The notes beneath the pieces were generated by a model, which was given only the letters and a program-made list of their open reading frames with translations, was not told where the DNA came from and did not search any database. From the NCBI GenBank assembly GCA_041166385.1, contig JBEEFW010000021.1:32185-96184 (forward strand): a stretch of DNA of 64,000 nt, given 5' to 3'. Positions 36,356 through 49,005 of the stretch are shown here, in pieces (within the stretch, counting starts at the first letter, position 1; each line of letters opens with the position of its first letter). The DNA comes from Acidimicrobiaceae bacterium (lineage in GTDB: Bacteria; Actinomycetota; Acidimicrobiia; Acidimicrobiales; JACDCH01). The translations under genes and the position numbers were made by a program.

Positions 36356-37870
36356 GTGGACCTCGACTTGCTCGTGCTGGGGTCCGGCGTCGCGGGACTG
36401 TCGGCCGCGGTGCGGGCATCCGAGCAGCACGGCATGCGGGTCGGCGTGCTCACGAAGGCCGAGCTGCACCAGGCCACGACGCGCTGGGCGCAGGGCGGTG
36501 TCGCCGCCGTGCTGGGTCGCGACGATCCCGACTCGACCGATCTCCACTTGGCCGACACGCTGGCGGCCGGCGCGGGGCTGTGCGACCCCGACGCCGTGCG
36601 CGTGCTCGTCGACGAAGGGCCCGGGCGCGTCAACGAGCTGATCGCGCTCGGCGCGATCTTCGATGTCGACGACCAGGGCCGCCTCGAGCTGGCGCGTGAA
36701 GGTGGCCACAGTCACGCGCGCGTCGTCCACGCCGGTGGCGCGGCGACCGGCGCAGAGATCGAGCGCGCCCTCGTCGAAGCGGTGAGGGCCACTGCGGCCG
36801 CAATTCACGAGACCTGGTTCGCGCTCGACTTCATCGTCGAGGGCGACGAGTGCCGCGGGGTCGTCGCGCTCGACGAGCACGGCGTCCGCACCGAAGTGCG
36901 GGCCGCCAACGTGCTGGTCGCAACCGGCGGCGCCGGCCAGCTCTATGCCGTCACCACCAACCCGGCGGAATCGACCGGCGACGGCGTCGCGATGGCGCTG
37001 CGAGCGGGAGTCGCGGTTGCCGACGTCGAGTTCGTGCAGTTCCATCCAACGGCGCTGCATCACCCGGCGATGCCGCGTCCGCTGCTGTCGGAAGCGCTAC
37101 GAGGTCACGGAGCCTTGCTGCGTGACGCCAAGGGGGAGCAGTTCGTCGACGAGCTGTTGCCCCGCGACCGAGTGTCGAAGGCGATGACGGCCCGAATGCT
37201 CGAGCAAGGCATCGACCACCTGTGGCTCGACGCGACGAACCTGGCCGACTTCGACGCTCGTTTCCCGACGATCGCCGCCGCGCTGCATTCCGTCGGTCTC
37301 AACCCCACGACCGACTGGCTGCCGATCGCACCCGCGGCGCACTACTTCTGCGGCGGAATCGTTGCCGACCTCGACGGCGCATCGTCACTCCCCGGGCTGT
37401 GGGCCGCAGGGGAGGCGGCGTGCAACGGCGTGCACGGCGCCAACCGCCTCGCATCGAACTCGCTGCTCGACGGCATGGTGTTCGCACCGCGTGTCGTCGA
37501 GGCGATCGAACGCGGGAAGCGCAAGCCCGAGCCCACCGGGGCGATGCGCGCGGTGTTGGGCGGCGACGGCATCGGTGGACGCCGCATCGAGCTCGACCTC
37601 GAGTGGACGGACGGCGAGCCCGCGTCGCGCGACGAGCTGCAGGCGGCGATGACGCGGTTGGCGGGCGTCCTGCGGTCGGCGGAGTCGCTCGCCGGTGCGC
37701 GCGAGGTCGTGCAACGCGCACACCACGGCGACGCCGAGCTCCACAACCTCGCGACCGTCGCGCAGGCGGTGATCGCCGCCGCGCTCGCTCGGGAGGAAAG
37801 TCGCGGGTCACACACCCGCATCGACTTCCGGGAGACCCGCGAGGACCTGCGCCTCCGATTCGTGTTCTAG
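36356..37870 (+). CDS. nadB: L-aspartate oxidase
   Basis: GTG start. FAD motif VLGSGVAGLSAA. Collinear with the NadB/succinate dehydrogenase flavoprotein family. 504 aa. Confidence 0.9.
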   Translation: MDLDLLVLGSGVAGLSAAVRASEQHGMRVGVLTKAELHQATTRWAQGGVAAVLGRDDPDSTDLHLADTLAAGAGLCDPDAVRVLVDEGPGRVNELIALGAIFDVDDQGRLELAREGGHSHARVVHAGGAATGAEIERALVEAVRATAAAIHETWFALDFIVEGDECRGVVALDEHGVRTEVRAANVLVATGGAGQLYAVTTNPAESTGDGVAMALRAGVAVADVEFVQFHPTALHHPAMPRPLLSEALRGHGALLRDAKGEQFVDELLPRDRVSKAMTARMLEQGIDHLWLDATNLADFDARFPTIAAALHSVGLNPTTDWLPIAPAAHYFCGGIVADLDGASSLPGLWAAGEAACNGVHGANRLASNSLLDGMVFAPRVVEAIERGKRKPEPTGAMRAVLGGDGIGGRRIELDLEWTDGEPASRDELQAAMTRLAGVLRSAESLAGAREVVQRAHHGDAELHNLATVAQAVIAAALAREESRGSHTRIDFRETREDLRLRFVF

Positions 37871-37899
37871 GGTCACGCTGAATCGAGTCGGATGAGATC

Positions 37900-38745
37900 G
37901 TGGAGGGTGCACCAGTGAGCGACAGCGGTACGACTGCACCCGACTGGTATCCCGATCCGTACGGTCGCCATGAGCTGCGCTACCACGACGGCGGCCAATG
38001 GACGGAGCACGTGTCGAGCCACGGGAAGCAGTCGGTGGATCAGCCGGGCGGTACGAGCCACGTACCGGTCGTCGAGCGCAAGACGGAGAAGGTGCAGCGC
38101 GACATGGCGAAGGTCGGCGTCCAGCCGGGCACCATGCAAGGCGGCGGCACGATCTTCACGGAGCCCGTGCTCGTCGTGAACCAGAAGGCCAAGCTGATCG
38201 AGATCAACAACGAGTACGCCATCTACGACCAGAACGGCACGCAGATCGGCGCGGTGCGCCAGGTCGGTCAGAGCAAGGCCAAGAAGCTCATCCGGCTCGT
38301 GTCAGACGTCGACCAGTTCCTGACGCACAAGTTCCAGATCGTCGACATGCAGGGCAACGTGCAGCTCGCGATCACTCGCCCGGCGAAGCTGATGAAGTCG
38401 AAGGTGCTCGTGCAGGACGGCACCGGCAAAGAGCTCGGCTCGATCGTGCAACAGAACATGATCGGCAAGATCCATTTCGGACTGGAGTCCGGCGGCAACA
38501 CCTACGGGTCGATCAACGCCGAGAACTGGCGGGCGTGGAACTTCAACATCCAGGACCACGCCGGCAACGAAGTCGCCCGCATCACCAAGACGTGGGAAGG
38601 CCTGGCGAAGACGATGTTCACGACCGCCGACAACTACGTCGTGCAGATCCACCGTCCGCTCGAGGAGCCGCTGCGCAGTCTCGTGGTCGCGGCCGGACTC
38701 GCCGTCGACACCGCGCTCAAACAGGATTCGCGCGGGCTCAACTAG
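37900..38745 (+). CDS. DUF2510 + scramblase/LOR (tubby-like) family protein
   Basis: The N-terminal PDWYPDPYGRHELRYHDGGQWTEHV is a DUF2510-type motif. The remainder resembles the phospholipid-scramblase-related family. Start is GTG 37900 or GTG 37915. Confidence 0.65.
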   Translation: MEGAPVSDSGTTAPDWYPDPYGRHELRYHDGGQWTEHVSSHGKQSVDQPGGTSHVPVVERKTEKVQRDMAKVGVQPGTMQGGGTIFTEPVLVVNQKAKLIEINNEYAIYDQNGTQIGAVRQVGQSKAKKLIRLVSDVDQFLTHKFQIVDMQGNVQLAITRPAKLMKSKVLVQDGTGKELGSIVQQNMIGKIHFGLESGGNTYGSINAENWRAWNFNIQDHAGNEVARITKTWEGLAKTMFTTADNYVVQIHRPLEEPLRSLVVAAGLAVDTALKQDSRGLN

Positions 38746-39166
38746 CGCTGCGCTGGTCGGGCTCGGCGTACAACAGCGCGTCTGCCTCTTCAACCGGCTC
38801 GAGCGGACGCGTCGCGAGGTCGATGGCCGCCCACACTGCCTTGGCGAACGGGTAGGTGATCACCGGCAGCACGATCGCGGTGGCGAATCCGACGAGGAGC
38901 GCCGGCCCGTAGCTCGCGTCGCCCTCCTGCGCGTTGGCGTAGACGACGTAGACGAACAACTCGAAGACGATCACCACCGCGATGAACGAGTAGTTCACGA
39001 GGTACACCCCCGTGAAGAAGCCCTCCTCGCGCTCGTAGCGATACCCGCACGTCGGGCAGCGTTCCTTCAGTTTGAGCCACGACGAGAAGATGCCTTTGCC
39101 CCCACACCTGGGACACCGTCGCCGGACAGCCCTCCAGAGCAGCGTGCTTGTGGAGACGCGACTCAT
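38738..39166 (-). CDS. DUF983 zinc-ribbon membrane protein
   Basis: 142 aa from MSRVSTSTLLWRAVRRRCPRCGGKGIF...CPTCGY..., followed by two TM helices. Confidence 0.65.
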   Translation of the reverse strand: MSRVSTSTLLWRAVRRRCPRCGGKGIFSSWLKLKERCPTCGYRYEREEGFFTGVYLVNYSFIAVVIVFELFVYVVYANAQEGDASYGPALLVGFATAIVLPVITYPFAKAVWAAIDLATRPLEPVEEADALLYAEPDQRSAS

Positions 39167-39184
39167 CTCTGGCAGGCTGACCCA

Positions 39185-40045
39185 ATGCGCGCAAGCGTGC
39201 AACCCCCGATTGGCGCCGTTCGAACGGCGGTCGCGCGCGCCCTCGAGGAAGATCTGACCCCGCTGGGCGACATCACGTCGGGGCTCCTACCCGCAGGGAT
39301 CATCGGCAATGCGGATTTCGTGGTGCGGACGCCTGGCGTGATCGCGGGAGTGGCCTGCGCGACCGAGACCTTCGCCCAGATCGACCCGACGGTCGTGGTC
39401 GATTGGGCGGTCGACGATGGCGAGGACGTCGACGCCAAGCAGGCCATCGGCCATGTCACCGGTCCATTGGCGTCCATCCTCACTGCGGAGCGCACGGCGT
39501 TGAACTTCCTCGGACATCTGTCTGGTATCGCCACGCTCACCCACGAGCTCGTCGCCGCGACCGGGGGCGGCGCCCGCATCTGGGACACCCGCAAGACCAC
39601 GCCGGGCCTGCGCGCGCTCGAGAAGGCCGCGGTACGCGCCGGCGGCGGTGCGAACCACCGGGGCAACCTGTCCGACTGGGTCTTGTTGAAGGACAACCAC
39701 CTCACGGTCCTGGGCATCGACGAGGCGGTGCGACTCGCGCGCGAACGCTGGCCGGCGCGGACAGTGCACGTCGAGTGTGACTCGCTCGATCAGGTCGCCC
39801 AGGCTCTGCGCGCCGGCGCCGATGCGTTGCTGCTCGACAACATGACGCCCGATGAGGTGCGCAGCTGCGTCGAGCTGGCGAACGACACAGGAGACCCGCG
39901 CCCGCTGCTCGAGGTGAGCGGCGGCATCACTCGTGAAACGGCAGGGGCCTTCGCTCGCGCCGGCGTCGACTGCATCTCGGTCGGCGCTATCACCAACAGC
40001 GCGCCCGTATTGGACATCGGACTGGACATCGAGGTCGACTCCTAG
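39185..40045 (+). CDS. nadC: nicotinate-nucleotide diphosphorylase (carboxylating)
   Basis: 286 aa. ERTALNFL, TRKTTPGLR and HRGNLSD motifs. Confidence 0.9.
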   Translation: MRASVQPPIGAVRTAVARALEEDLTPLGDITSGLLPAGIIGNADFVVRTPGVIAGVACATETFAQIDPTVVVDWAVDDGEDVDAKQAIGHVTGPLASILTAERTALNFLGHLSGIATLTHELVAATGGGARIWDTRKTTPGLRALEKAAVRAGGGANHRGNLSDWVLLKDNHLTVLGIDEAVRLARERWPARTVHVECDSLDQVAQALRAGADALLLDNMTPDEVRSCVELANDTGDPRPLLEVSGGITRETAGAFARAGVDCISVGAITNSAPVLDIGLDIEVDS

Positions 40046-40848
40046 TGCTACTCGCAATCGACGTTGGCAACACCCAGACCGTCATCGGTCTGTACGGCAA
40101 GGACGATGGCAACGCGACCGGCACGGGCGCCGAGCGCGATCTCATGGACCACTGGCGTATCGCCACGTCAGCCGAGCGCACCTCCGACGAGCTCGCGCTG
40201 CTCGTGCAGGAGTTCCTCGGCTTCCACGGCTTCAGCTTCGATGAGGACGTCGACGGCGTCGCGCTCTGCTCGTCGGTGCCGAGCATCACCGCGGCCGTCC
40301 GCGAGATGACCGACCGCTACTTCGGCTTCCCCGCGATCGTCGTCGAGCCTGGCGTGAAGACCGGGATGCCGATCCTCTACGACAACCCCAAGCAGGTCGG
40401 CCCCGATCGCATCGCCGACGCGCTCGCGGCGTACGACCTCTACGGCGGTCCCACGATCGTGATCGACTTCGGAACGGCCACCACACTCGAGGCCATATCC
40501 GCGAAGGGCGAGTACCTCGGTGGCGCGATCCTGCCGGGCGTCGAGATCAGCATGGACGCGTTGTACGGCCGCGCGGCAGCGTTGTTTCGTGTCGAGATGG
40601 TTGAGCCCCGCAGCGTGATCGGCAAGAACACCACCGAGTCGATGCAGTCCGGCGCGCTGTATGGCTTCGCCGCGCAAGTCGACGGCATCTGCGCGCGGAT
40701 GATGAAGGAGCTCGGCGAGTGCACGGTGGTGGCGACGGGCGGCCTGGCCGCGTTGATCGCGCCGTTCTCCGACGCCATCCAGTACCACGAGCCGTGGCTG
40801 ACGCTCCACGGCCTTCGCCTGATCTTCGAGAAGAACTCGCCCGCTTGA
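40045..40848 (+). CDS. coaX: type III pantothenate kinase
   Basis: GTG start overlapping the nadC stop by 1 nt. [17 protein letters not shown]-terminus. Confidence 0.9.
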   Translation: MLLAIDVGNTQTVIGLYGKDDGNATGTGAERDLMDHWRIATSAERTSDELALLVQEFLGFHGFSFDEDVDGVALCSSVPSITAAVREMTDRYFGFPAIVVEPGVKTGMPILYDNPKQVGPDRIADALAAYDLYGGPTIVIDFGTATTLEAISAKGEYLGGAILPGVEISMDALYGRAAALFRVEMVEPRSVIGKNTTESMQSGALYGFAAQVDGICARMMKELGECTVVATGGLAALIAPFSDAIQYHEPWLTLHGLRLIFEKNSPA

Positions 40849-42251
40849 ATCAGATTCCGTATCGCTTCGACCCCGACGCCACGGCCGCCGAGCTGCAGGC
40901 CGAGTACGCCGCGCTCGAACCCGGATCGGAGACGGATCGGCGCGTGACGGTGGCCGGTCGGCTGATGCTGCGTCGTGTGCAGGGCAAGCTCGCGTTCGGC
41001 ACCCTGCAGGACGGCACCGGTCGCATCCAACTCTTTGCGCCGGTGCAGACCACCCCTCGTTTCGACGAGTTCACGTCGCTGTCGCTGGGGGACTGGATCG
41101 GCGTGTCGGGCGTGATCATGACCACCCGGCGCGGTGAGCTGTCGGTGAAGGTCGACGACTGGACGTTGCTCGCCGAGGCCAAGCGCCAGTTCCCCGACAA
41201 GTGGCACGGCATCAACGATCCCGACACGCGCTATCGCCAGCGGTACGTCGACCTGTGGGTCACCGACGAGGCCCGGCACACGCTGCTGCTGCGCAGCAAG
41301 GTTGTGTCGTTGATCCGGCGGTGGCTCGAGGAACGCGGTTTCATCGAGGTCGAGACGCCGATCTTCCACCCGATCCCTGGTGGCGCGACCGCGAAGCCGT
41401 TCATCACGCACCACAACGCGCTCGACATGGACGTGTACCTACGCATCGCGCCCGAGCTGTATCTCAAGCGCCTGGTCGTCGGTGGGTTCGAGAAGGTCTT
41501 CGAGATCGGTCGTGTGTTTCGCAACGAAGGACTCGGCTATCGCTGGAACCCCGAGTTCACGATGCTCGAGCTCTACCAGGCGTACGCCGATTACACCGAC
41601 ATGATGAAGCTCACCGAGGAACTTGTCGCCCATCTCGCGACTGAACTGTGCGGGACGACATCGCTGCCGTACCTCGGCAAGACCATCGAGCTCGCGCCGC
41701 CATGGCGGCGAGCCACGATGAGCGAGCTGATCGAGGAGCAGATCGGTAGGTACGTCGATCTGCGGACGCCGATCGACGAACTGCACGCGCTGTGCAACGA
41801 GTACGGCGTGCCCTACGACGAGAACGACGGGCCGGGCAAGCTCATCCTCGAGTTGTATGAGAAGACGACGGAAGCGGAACTGTGGGGTCCGGTGTTCGTC
41901 ACCGACTACCCCCAAGAGGTCTCGCCACTCGCGCGGCCGCACCGCGAGAAGGAGGGCTACGTCGAGCGGTTCGAACCGATCATCGCCGGCCGCGAGATCG
42001 GCAACGCGTTCTCGGAGTTGATCGACCCGGAGGTGCAGCGCGCCAACTTCGACGCGCAGGCGGCGCGCAAGGCCGCCGGGGACGAAGAGGCGCAGCCGGT
42101 CGATCACGACTACCTACGAGCGCTCGAATACGGATTGCCCCCCACAGGCGGGCTCGGCATCGGCATCGACCGGTTGGTGATGTTGCTGGCCGACGTGCCC
42201 ACGATCCGCGACGTCATCCTGTTCCCCACCTTGAGGCCCGAACAACTGTGA
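40845..42251 (+). CDS. lysS: lysine--tRNA ligase (class II)
   Basis: TTG 40845 (4-nt overlap with the coaX stop). OB-fold region [30 protein letters not shown] and class II motifs (...FRNEG..., ...[13 protein letters not shown]...). Confidence 0.9.
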   Translation: MNQIPYRFDPDATAAELQAEYAALEPGSETDRRVTVAGRLMLRRVQGKLAFGTLQDGTGRIQLFAPVQTTPRFDEFTSLSLGDWIGVSGVIMTTRRGELSVKVDDWTLLAEAKRQFPDKWHGINDPDTRYRQRYVDLWVTDEARHTLLLRSKVVSLIRRWLEERGFIEVETPIFHPIPGGATAKPFITHHNALDMDVYLRIAPELYLKRLVVGGFEKVFEIGRVFRNEGLGYRWNPEFTMLELYQAYADYTDMMKLTEELVAHLATELCGTTSLPYLGKTIELAPPWRRATMSELIEEQIGRYVDLRTPIDELHALCNEYGVPYDENDGPGKLILELYEKTTEAELWGPVFVTDYPQEVSPLARPHREKEGYVERFEPIIAGREIGNAFSELIDPEVQRANFDAQAARKAAGDEEAQPVDHDYLRALEYGLPPTGGLGIGIDRLVMLLADVPTIRDVILFPTLRPEQL

Positions 42252-43213
42252 GAGTGCTGGTCACCGGGATGGGTGCCGAGATCGGCACGCGTGTCACCAA
42301 CCTGCTGGAGGCGGACGAACGGGTCGACGACATCCTCGGCGTCGACATCGACCCGCCGCGGCGTCGTCTGCATCGTGCGGAGTTTCGCCGGGTTGATCCG
42401 CGCGACCGACGCAAGCTCGTGAAGATCGTTCGCGACTTCGACCCCACCGCGGTCGTGCACCTCGGCGTCTACGAGCCCAACGCGCGGTGTGGTCCGGCGC
42501 TCGCCCGCGAACTGACGCATCACATGACGGTGACCGCTCTCGGCGCCGCGGCCGAGAGCGAGAGTCTCGACCGCATCGTCGTTCGCTCTGGCATCGAGGT
42601 CTACGGGCGCGGCCGCGGCGCGGCCACCCGCCCCGACGAATCGATCGCGCCGGCTCCCACCTCACCGTTCGGCCGGTCGATGCTCGAGGTCGAGAACGCC
42701 GCACGCGAGATCGGTCTGGTCGCGAGTGCCGCGGTGACCGCCGTGCGGTGCGCGCCGATCGTCGGACCGCACATGGCCAGCCCACTCGGGCGGTTGTTAC
42801 GACTTCCCATCGTGCCGGTGGGTGCGTTGTCGGACCTGCCGTTCTCGTTGCTGCACGAACGGGATGCCGCGCTTGCGTTCGCCCGCGCGCTCGAGTGCGG
42901 CTTCGACGGTCCGGTGAACGTCGTCGCTCCCGGAGCGGTCACGCCGATGCAGGCGGCGCGCATCGGCGGACGCGGCATCCTTCCTGCGCTCGGGCCCTCG
43001 TGGCTCGCGGCCCGCCTGCTCACCGAATTGCTCGGCGCGCCGTTGCCGGCGCACGTGCGCGAGCTGCTCGTGCGGGGCCGCACCGCTGACGGATCGCTCG
43101 CCGAGAAGGCGATCGGCGTCAAACCAGAGATCACCACGCCAGACGTGATCAAGGACCTGTTCGAGTGGGCCACGGTCACCTACTTGCGGCCGACATCCGA
43201 GGAAGCAGCGTGA
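42248..43213 (+). CDS. NAD-dependent epimerase/dehydratase family protein
   Basis: GTG 42248 (GTGA overlap with the lysS stop). [11 protein letters not shown] Rossmann start. 321 aa. Confidence 0.7.
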   Translation: MRVLVTGMGAEIGTRVTNLLEADERVDDILGVDIDPPRRRLHRAEFRRVDPRDRRKLVKIVRDFDPTAVVHLGVYEPNARCGPALARELTHHMTVTALGAAAESESLDRIVVRSGIEVYGRGRGAATRPDESIAPAPTSPFGRSMLEVENAAREIGLVASAAVTAVRCAPIVGPHMASPLGRLLRLPIVPVGALSDLPFSLLHERDAALAFARALECGFDGPVNVVAPGAVTPMQAARIGGRGILPALGPSWLAARLLTELLGAPLPAHVRELLVRGRTADGSLAEKAIGVKPEITTPDVIKDLFEWATVTYLRPTSEEAA

Positions 43214-43845
43214 CGGAAGCATCGTTGCTTCGTCGACGCTTCGACGGCTCGTACACGGTCGACGAGTGGGGTCTCGACACCGACCTCGTGCAGCTCGTGT
43301 CGCCCGCGCTCGCCGTTCGCTGGCAGGTGACCGTCGAAGGCGCCGAGGCGCTGCCCACTAACGGTCCTGCGTTGTTGGTCTTCAACCGTCGGTTCGGTTT
43401 CTCCGAGCCGTTCATCGTGTCGCGCGGCATCCGTCAGGCCACGAGTCGCTACCTGCGCGTGACCGGTGCGCCCGACATCGCGCCGGTCGGACCCGCGCTG
43501 CGGCGCCTCGGCGCGGTGCTCGCCCGACCTGATGAGGTTGCCGGGTTGCTGCGCGCCGATCACCTCGTGGCGGTGGCGCTCGCGACTTCCGCCCGCCACC
43601 AGCAGCTCGCCGGTACCGCGCCGGCCGAATTGCTGGCGCCCGCGCTCGCGACCGGTGCACAGGTCTTCCCGGTCGCGGTCACCGGCCGCGAACTCGGGCG
43701 CCGCTGGCGCCTGGTGATCGGCCCGGCGGTCGAGCACCCGACCAGCCGTGGCCCGCTCGCGGCCGAAGAGCTCGGCGATCGGGTGCGGTCCGGCGTGCAA
43801 GCGCTGCTCGACGATGCCTTCCCACCAGGACTGTTCCGGAGCTAG
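43210..43845 (+). CDS. PlsC-like acyltransferase homologue with degenerate HX4D motif
   Basis: GTG 43210 (GTGA overlap). LLVFNRRFGFSEP occupies the position of the NHxSxxD block, with His replaced by Arg. Confidence 0.5.
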   Translation: MTEASLLRRRFDGSYTVDEWGLDTDLVQLVSPALAVRWQVTVEGAEALPTNGPALLVFNRRFGFSEPFIVSRGIRQATSRYLRVTGAPDIAPVGPALRRLGAVLARPDEVAGLLRADHLVAVALATSARHQQLAGTAPAELLAPALATGAQVFPVAVTGRELGRRWRLVIGPAVEHPTSRGPLAAEELGDRVRSGVQALLDDAFPPGLFRS

Positions 43846-43851
43846 ACGACC

Positions 43852-44676
43852 ATGCCCTACGCGCTGTCAGACGACGGCATCCGCCTCCACTACGACACCT
43901 TCGGCCGCCGGAACGGCGAACCGGTGCTGCTCATCCAAGGTCTCGGCGCCGATTCGCGCGGTTGGCTCCTGCAACGTGGCGCGATCGGGCGGCACTATCG
44001 CGGCATCGTCTTCGACAACCGAGGCGTCGGTCGTAGCGACAAGCCCGTTGGCTCCTACGACCTCGAACAGATGGCGGCCGACGCAGTCGCAGTGCTCGAT
44101 GCGGCCGGGGTGGACTCTGCCCACGTCGTCGGCGCATCGATGGGCGGGGTTCTCGCGCAGATCATGGCGGTGCGACATCCCGAGCGCGTGCGGTCGCTCG
44201 TGCTTGCGTGCACGGCGTGCCGCCATCTTGGGTGGCGTCGCGAGTTGCTGGAGGACTGGGCCGCGCTCGCGCAGGCGCAGGGCATGCGGGCGTTCGCCTC
44301 GGAGAACATGCGGTGGTTGGTCGGGCCTCGCGCGCTGCGACGGTTCTGGCCGGCGTTCGGTGCGCTGACCCCGCTGGCGATCAGTGCGCCGGCGCACTCA
44401 TTCGTCTCACAAGTGAACGCGATCCTCGACATGGACGACTCGGTGCGTGAGTTGTTGCACACGGTCACGGCGCCGACGCTCGTGCTCGTCGGGAGCCAGG
44501 ACATCCTCACGCCGCAAGCGGATTCAGAAGAGATCGCCGAGCTCATCCCCGACGCTGAGCTCGCGGTCGTACAAGGCGGCGCCCACGGCTTCATGGTCGA
44601 AGCCTTCGGCGCCTTCAACAAGCTCGTGCTGCAGTTCCTCGAACGTGTGACGGCGGAGCAGGCGACCGCCGCCTGA
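43852..44676 (+). CDS. alpha/beta hydrolase
   Basis: 274 aa. HG-type oxyanion region (LLIQGLGAD), nucleophile elbow GASMGG, and C-terminal GGAHGF. Confidence 0.85.
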   Translation: MPYALSDDGIRLHYDTFGRRNGEPVLLIQGLGADSRGWLLQRGAIGRHYRGIVFDNRGVGRSDKPVGSYDLEQMAADAVAVLDAAGVDSAHVVGASMGGVLAQIMAVRHPERVRSLVLACTACRHLGWRRELLEDWAALAQAQGMRAFASENMRWLVGPRALRRFWPAFGALTPLAISAPAHSFVSQVNAILDMDDSVRELLHTVTAPTLVLVGSQDILTPQADSEEIAELIPDAELAVVQGGAHGFMVEAFGAFNKLVLQFLERVTAEQATAA

Positions 44677-45345
44677 TCACTCCGGGCTGATCGGCGGCTT
44701 CTCGTCCGACAGCAGCAGATAGGCCTGCACACGCACGTTCTGCCGGAACACTTTCACGATGAAGTCACGGTTGCTGTCCGACCACGTGCCCGTGAACAGC
44801 ACCTGGAAGAACCCGATGAACAGAAAAACCGATGCTGCGATGCCGTAGAGCCACAGCACGATGAAGTGCGGGATGGCCAGAATCCATTTGTAGAGCGGGC
44901 CCCAGCGTGTGAGGTGCTGCGCTCGCGGGATCGACAAGCGGGCGGGATCGTCGCCAGGGTCGTACTCGGTGCCGACCAGCGCGTACTTCGGACTGTCGTT
45001 GCGCATGAACTCCGCGTACGTCGTGACGCGCCACGAGTAACGCAGGAACTTGACGATGAACTGATGCGTGCCCTCGCTGATCTGCTCGGTGAACAACACC
45101 TGGAAGAACGCGATGATGAAGTAGACGTACGCCGCGATGCCGTAGATGAACAGCATGAAGAAGTGCGGGATGGCGAGCAGCCACGAGACCAGCGGGCGCC
45201 AGTTCTGGACCTCGAGCGGGCCGTTGAAGCTGACCTCGATCCCGCCCGACGGAGCCGCGTAGGCCGGTGCCGCGTCGCCCTGCGGTGGATACCAGTTGCC
45301 GTCGGAGGCTTGCCACCAGCCGGGACCTTGCGGTTGTGCGCTCAT
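44677..45345 (-). CDS. DUF4389-like membrane protein (internally duplicated)
   Basis: 222 aa. Two homologous halves, each W(R/G)PL..W(L/I)LAIPHF...YGIAA...FFQVLFT. Confidence 0.65.
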   Translation of the reverse strand: MSAQPQGPGWWQASDGNWYPPQGDAAPAYAAPSGGIEVSFNGPLEVQNWRPLVSWLLAIPHFFMLFIYGIAAYVYFIIAFFQVLFTEQISEGTHQFIVKFLRYSWRVTTYAEFMRNDSPKYALVGTEYDPGDDPARLSIPRAQHLTRWGPLYKWILAIPHFIVLWLYGIAASVFLFIGFFQVLFTGTWSDSNRDFIVKVFRQNVRVQAYLLLSDEKPPISPE

Positions 45346-45384
45346 GGTCCGATCCTTTCACGCATCGAACGGGCGCACCCGGGA

Positions 45385-46332
45385 TCACGATGTGGGCGCG
45401 ACAGCCTCCACGCGTGCGAACAACTCGTCGACCGCGCCGCGGAGCCATGAGGCTCCGTCACTGTCTCGGAATGAGTCGAGTGAGCTGATCGCGCCTGCGG
45501 CGTAGTCACGAGCCGTGCCGAGCGCGCCTGCGACCGCGCCATCCGAGCGGACGGCCGACAACGCGGCGTCGAGCTCCGCCCCTTCTATCGGCGCGCCGAG
45601 CCGTTCGCGCAAGCCGTCGCCGCTGGACAGTGCCCGGAGCACGGGCAGTGTGTAGACGCCTTCGACGAGGTCGTGTCCGGCGGGCTTGCCCAACTCGGCC
45701 TCGGTGGCGGTCACGTCGAGCACGTCGTCGACGATCTGGAACGCCATGCCGTACGCCAGCCCGAACTCCGTGAGCGCGTCGATCTGCTCGCGAGGCAATC
45801 CGCCGACGATGGCCCCGATGCGGCAGGCGGTGGCGAACAGGGAGGCCGTCTTGCCTTCGATCGCCGAGAAGTACGCCGCCTCGGTCCGGTCGACGTTGTA
45901 CGCGGTGCGCAGCTCGCCGACCTCGCCTTCGCACAGCCGGCCGATGGTGGCGGCCAGGAGGGCCGCGACCTCGGTGCCCAGCGATGCCGCGATCTCCGAC
46001 GCCCGAGCGAGCAGGAAGTCGCCGGCCAGGATCGCCGTGAGGTTGCCCCACCGGGCGTTGACGCTCTCGACCGTGCGCCGGGTCGGGGCCTCGTCGATGA
46101 CGTCGTCGTGATACAGCGAGCCGAGGTGCACGAGCTCGACGGCCACGCCGCCCCGCACCACATCGTCGCTCACCTCGGCGCCGGCGGCCGAGGCCGCGGC
46201 GATGGCGAACAGCGGCCGAACCCGCTTCCCACCAGCGAGGATGAGATGGCTGGCGATCTCCGTGAGGTACGCGTCCTCGCTGCGTACGGCGTCGCGCAGG
46301 GTGTCTTCGACCCGCGAGCGCCAAGCGTCCAT
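45385..46332 (-). CDS. polyprenyl diphosphate synthase (trans-IPPS)
   Basis: 315 aa from MDAWRSRVED... First DDxxD motif at LYHDDVIDE, second at QIVDDVLD. Confidence 0.9.
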   Translation of the reverse strand: MDAWRSRVEDTLRDAVRSEDAYLTEIASHLILAGGKRVRPLFAIAAASAAGAEVSDDVVRGGVAVELVHLGSLYHDDVIDEAPTRRTVESVNARWGNLTAILAGDFLLARASEIAASLGTEVAALLAATIGRLCEGEVGELRTAYNVDRTEAAYFSAIEGKTASLFATACRIGAIVGGLPREQIDALTEFGLAYGMAFQIVDDVLDVTATEAELGKPAGHDLVEGVYTLPVLRALSSGDGLRERLGAPIEGAELDAALSAVRSDGAVAGALGTARDYAAGAISSLDSFRDSDGASWLRGAVDELFARVEAVAPTS

Positions 46333-46461
46333 GGCAGGCGAGGCTAGACAACGTCCCAGTTGAGCGACCAACCCGGATTTCTTGCCTCAGTTGCCTACAT
46401 GGCAGGCCGATAGGTCACGGGTAGACTCACGCCACTACGAACCCCGCCAGGGGAGGCGATC

Positions 46462-48993
<2,532 letters not shown>

Positions 48994-49005
48994 TCGAGCA
49001 ACAAC

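Noticed and set aside
46382-46427. Direct repeat TTGCCT x2 and small palindrome TGCC-TACAT-GGCA in the clpC leader, as a possible ClgR-type operator.
   Set aside because: It does not match the ClgR consensus as I remember it. A 4-bp half-site palindrome is expected by chance.
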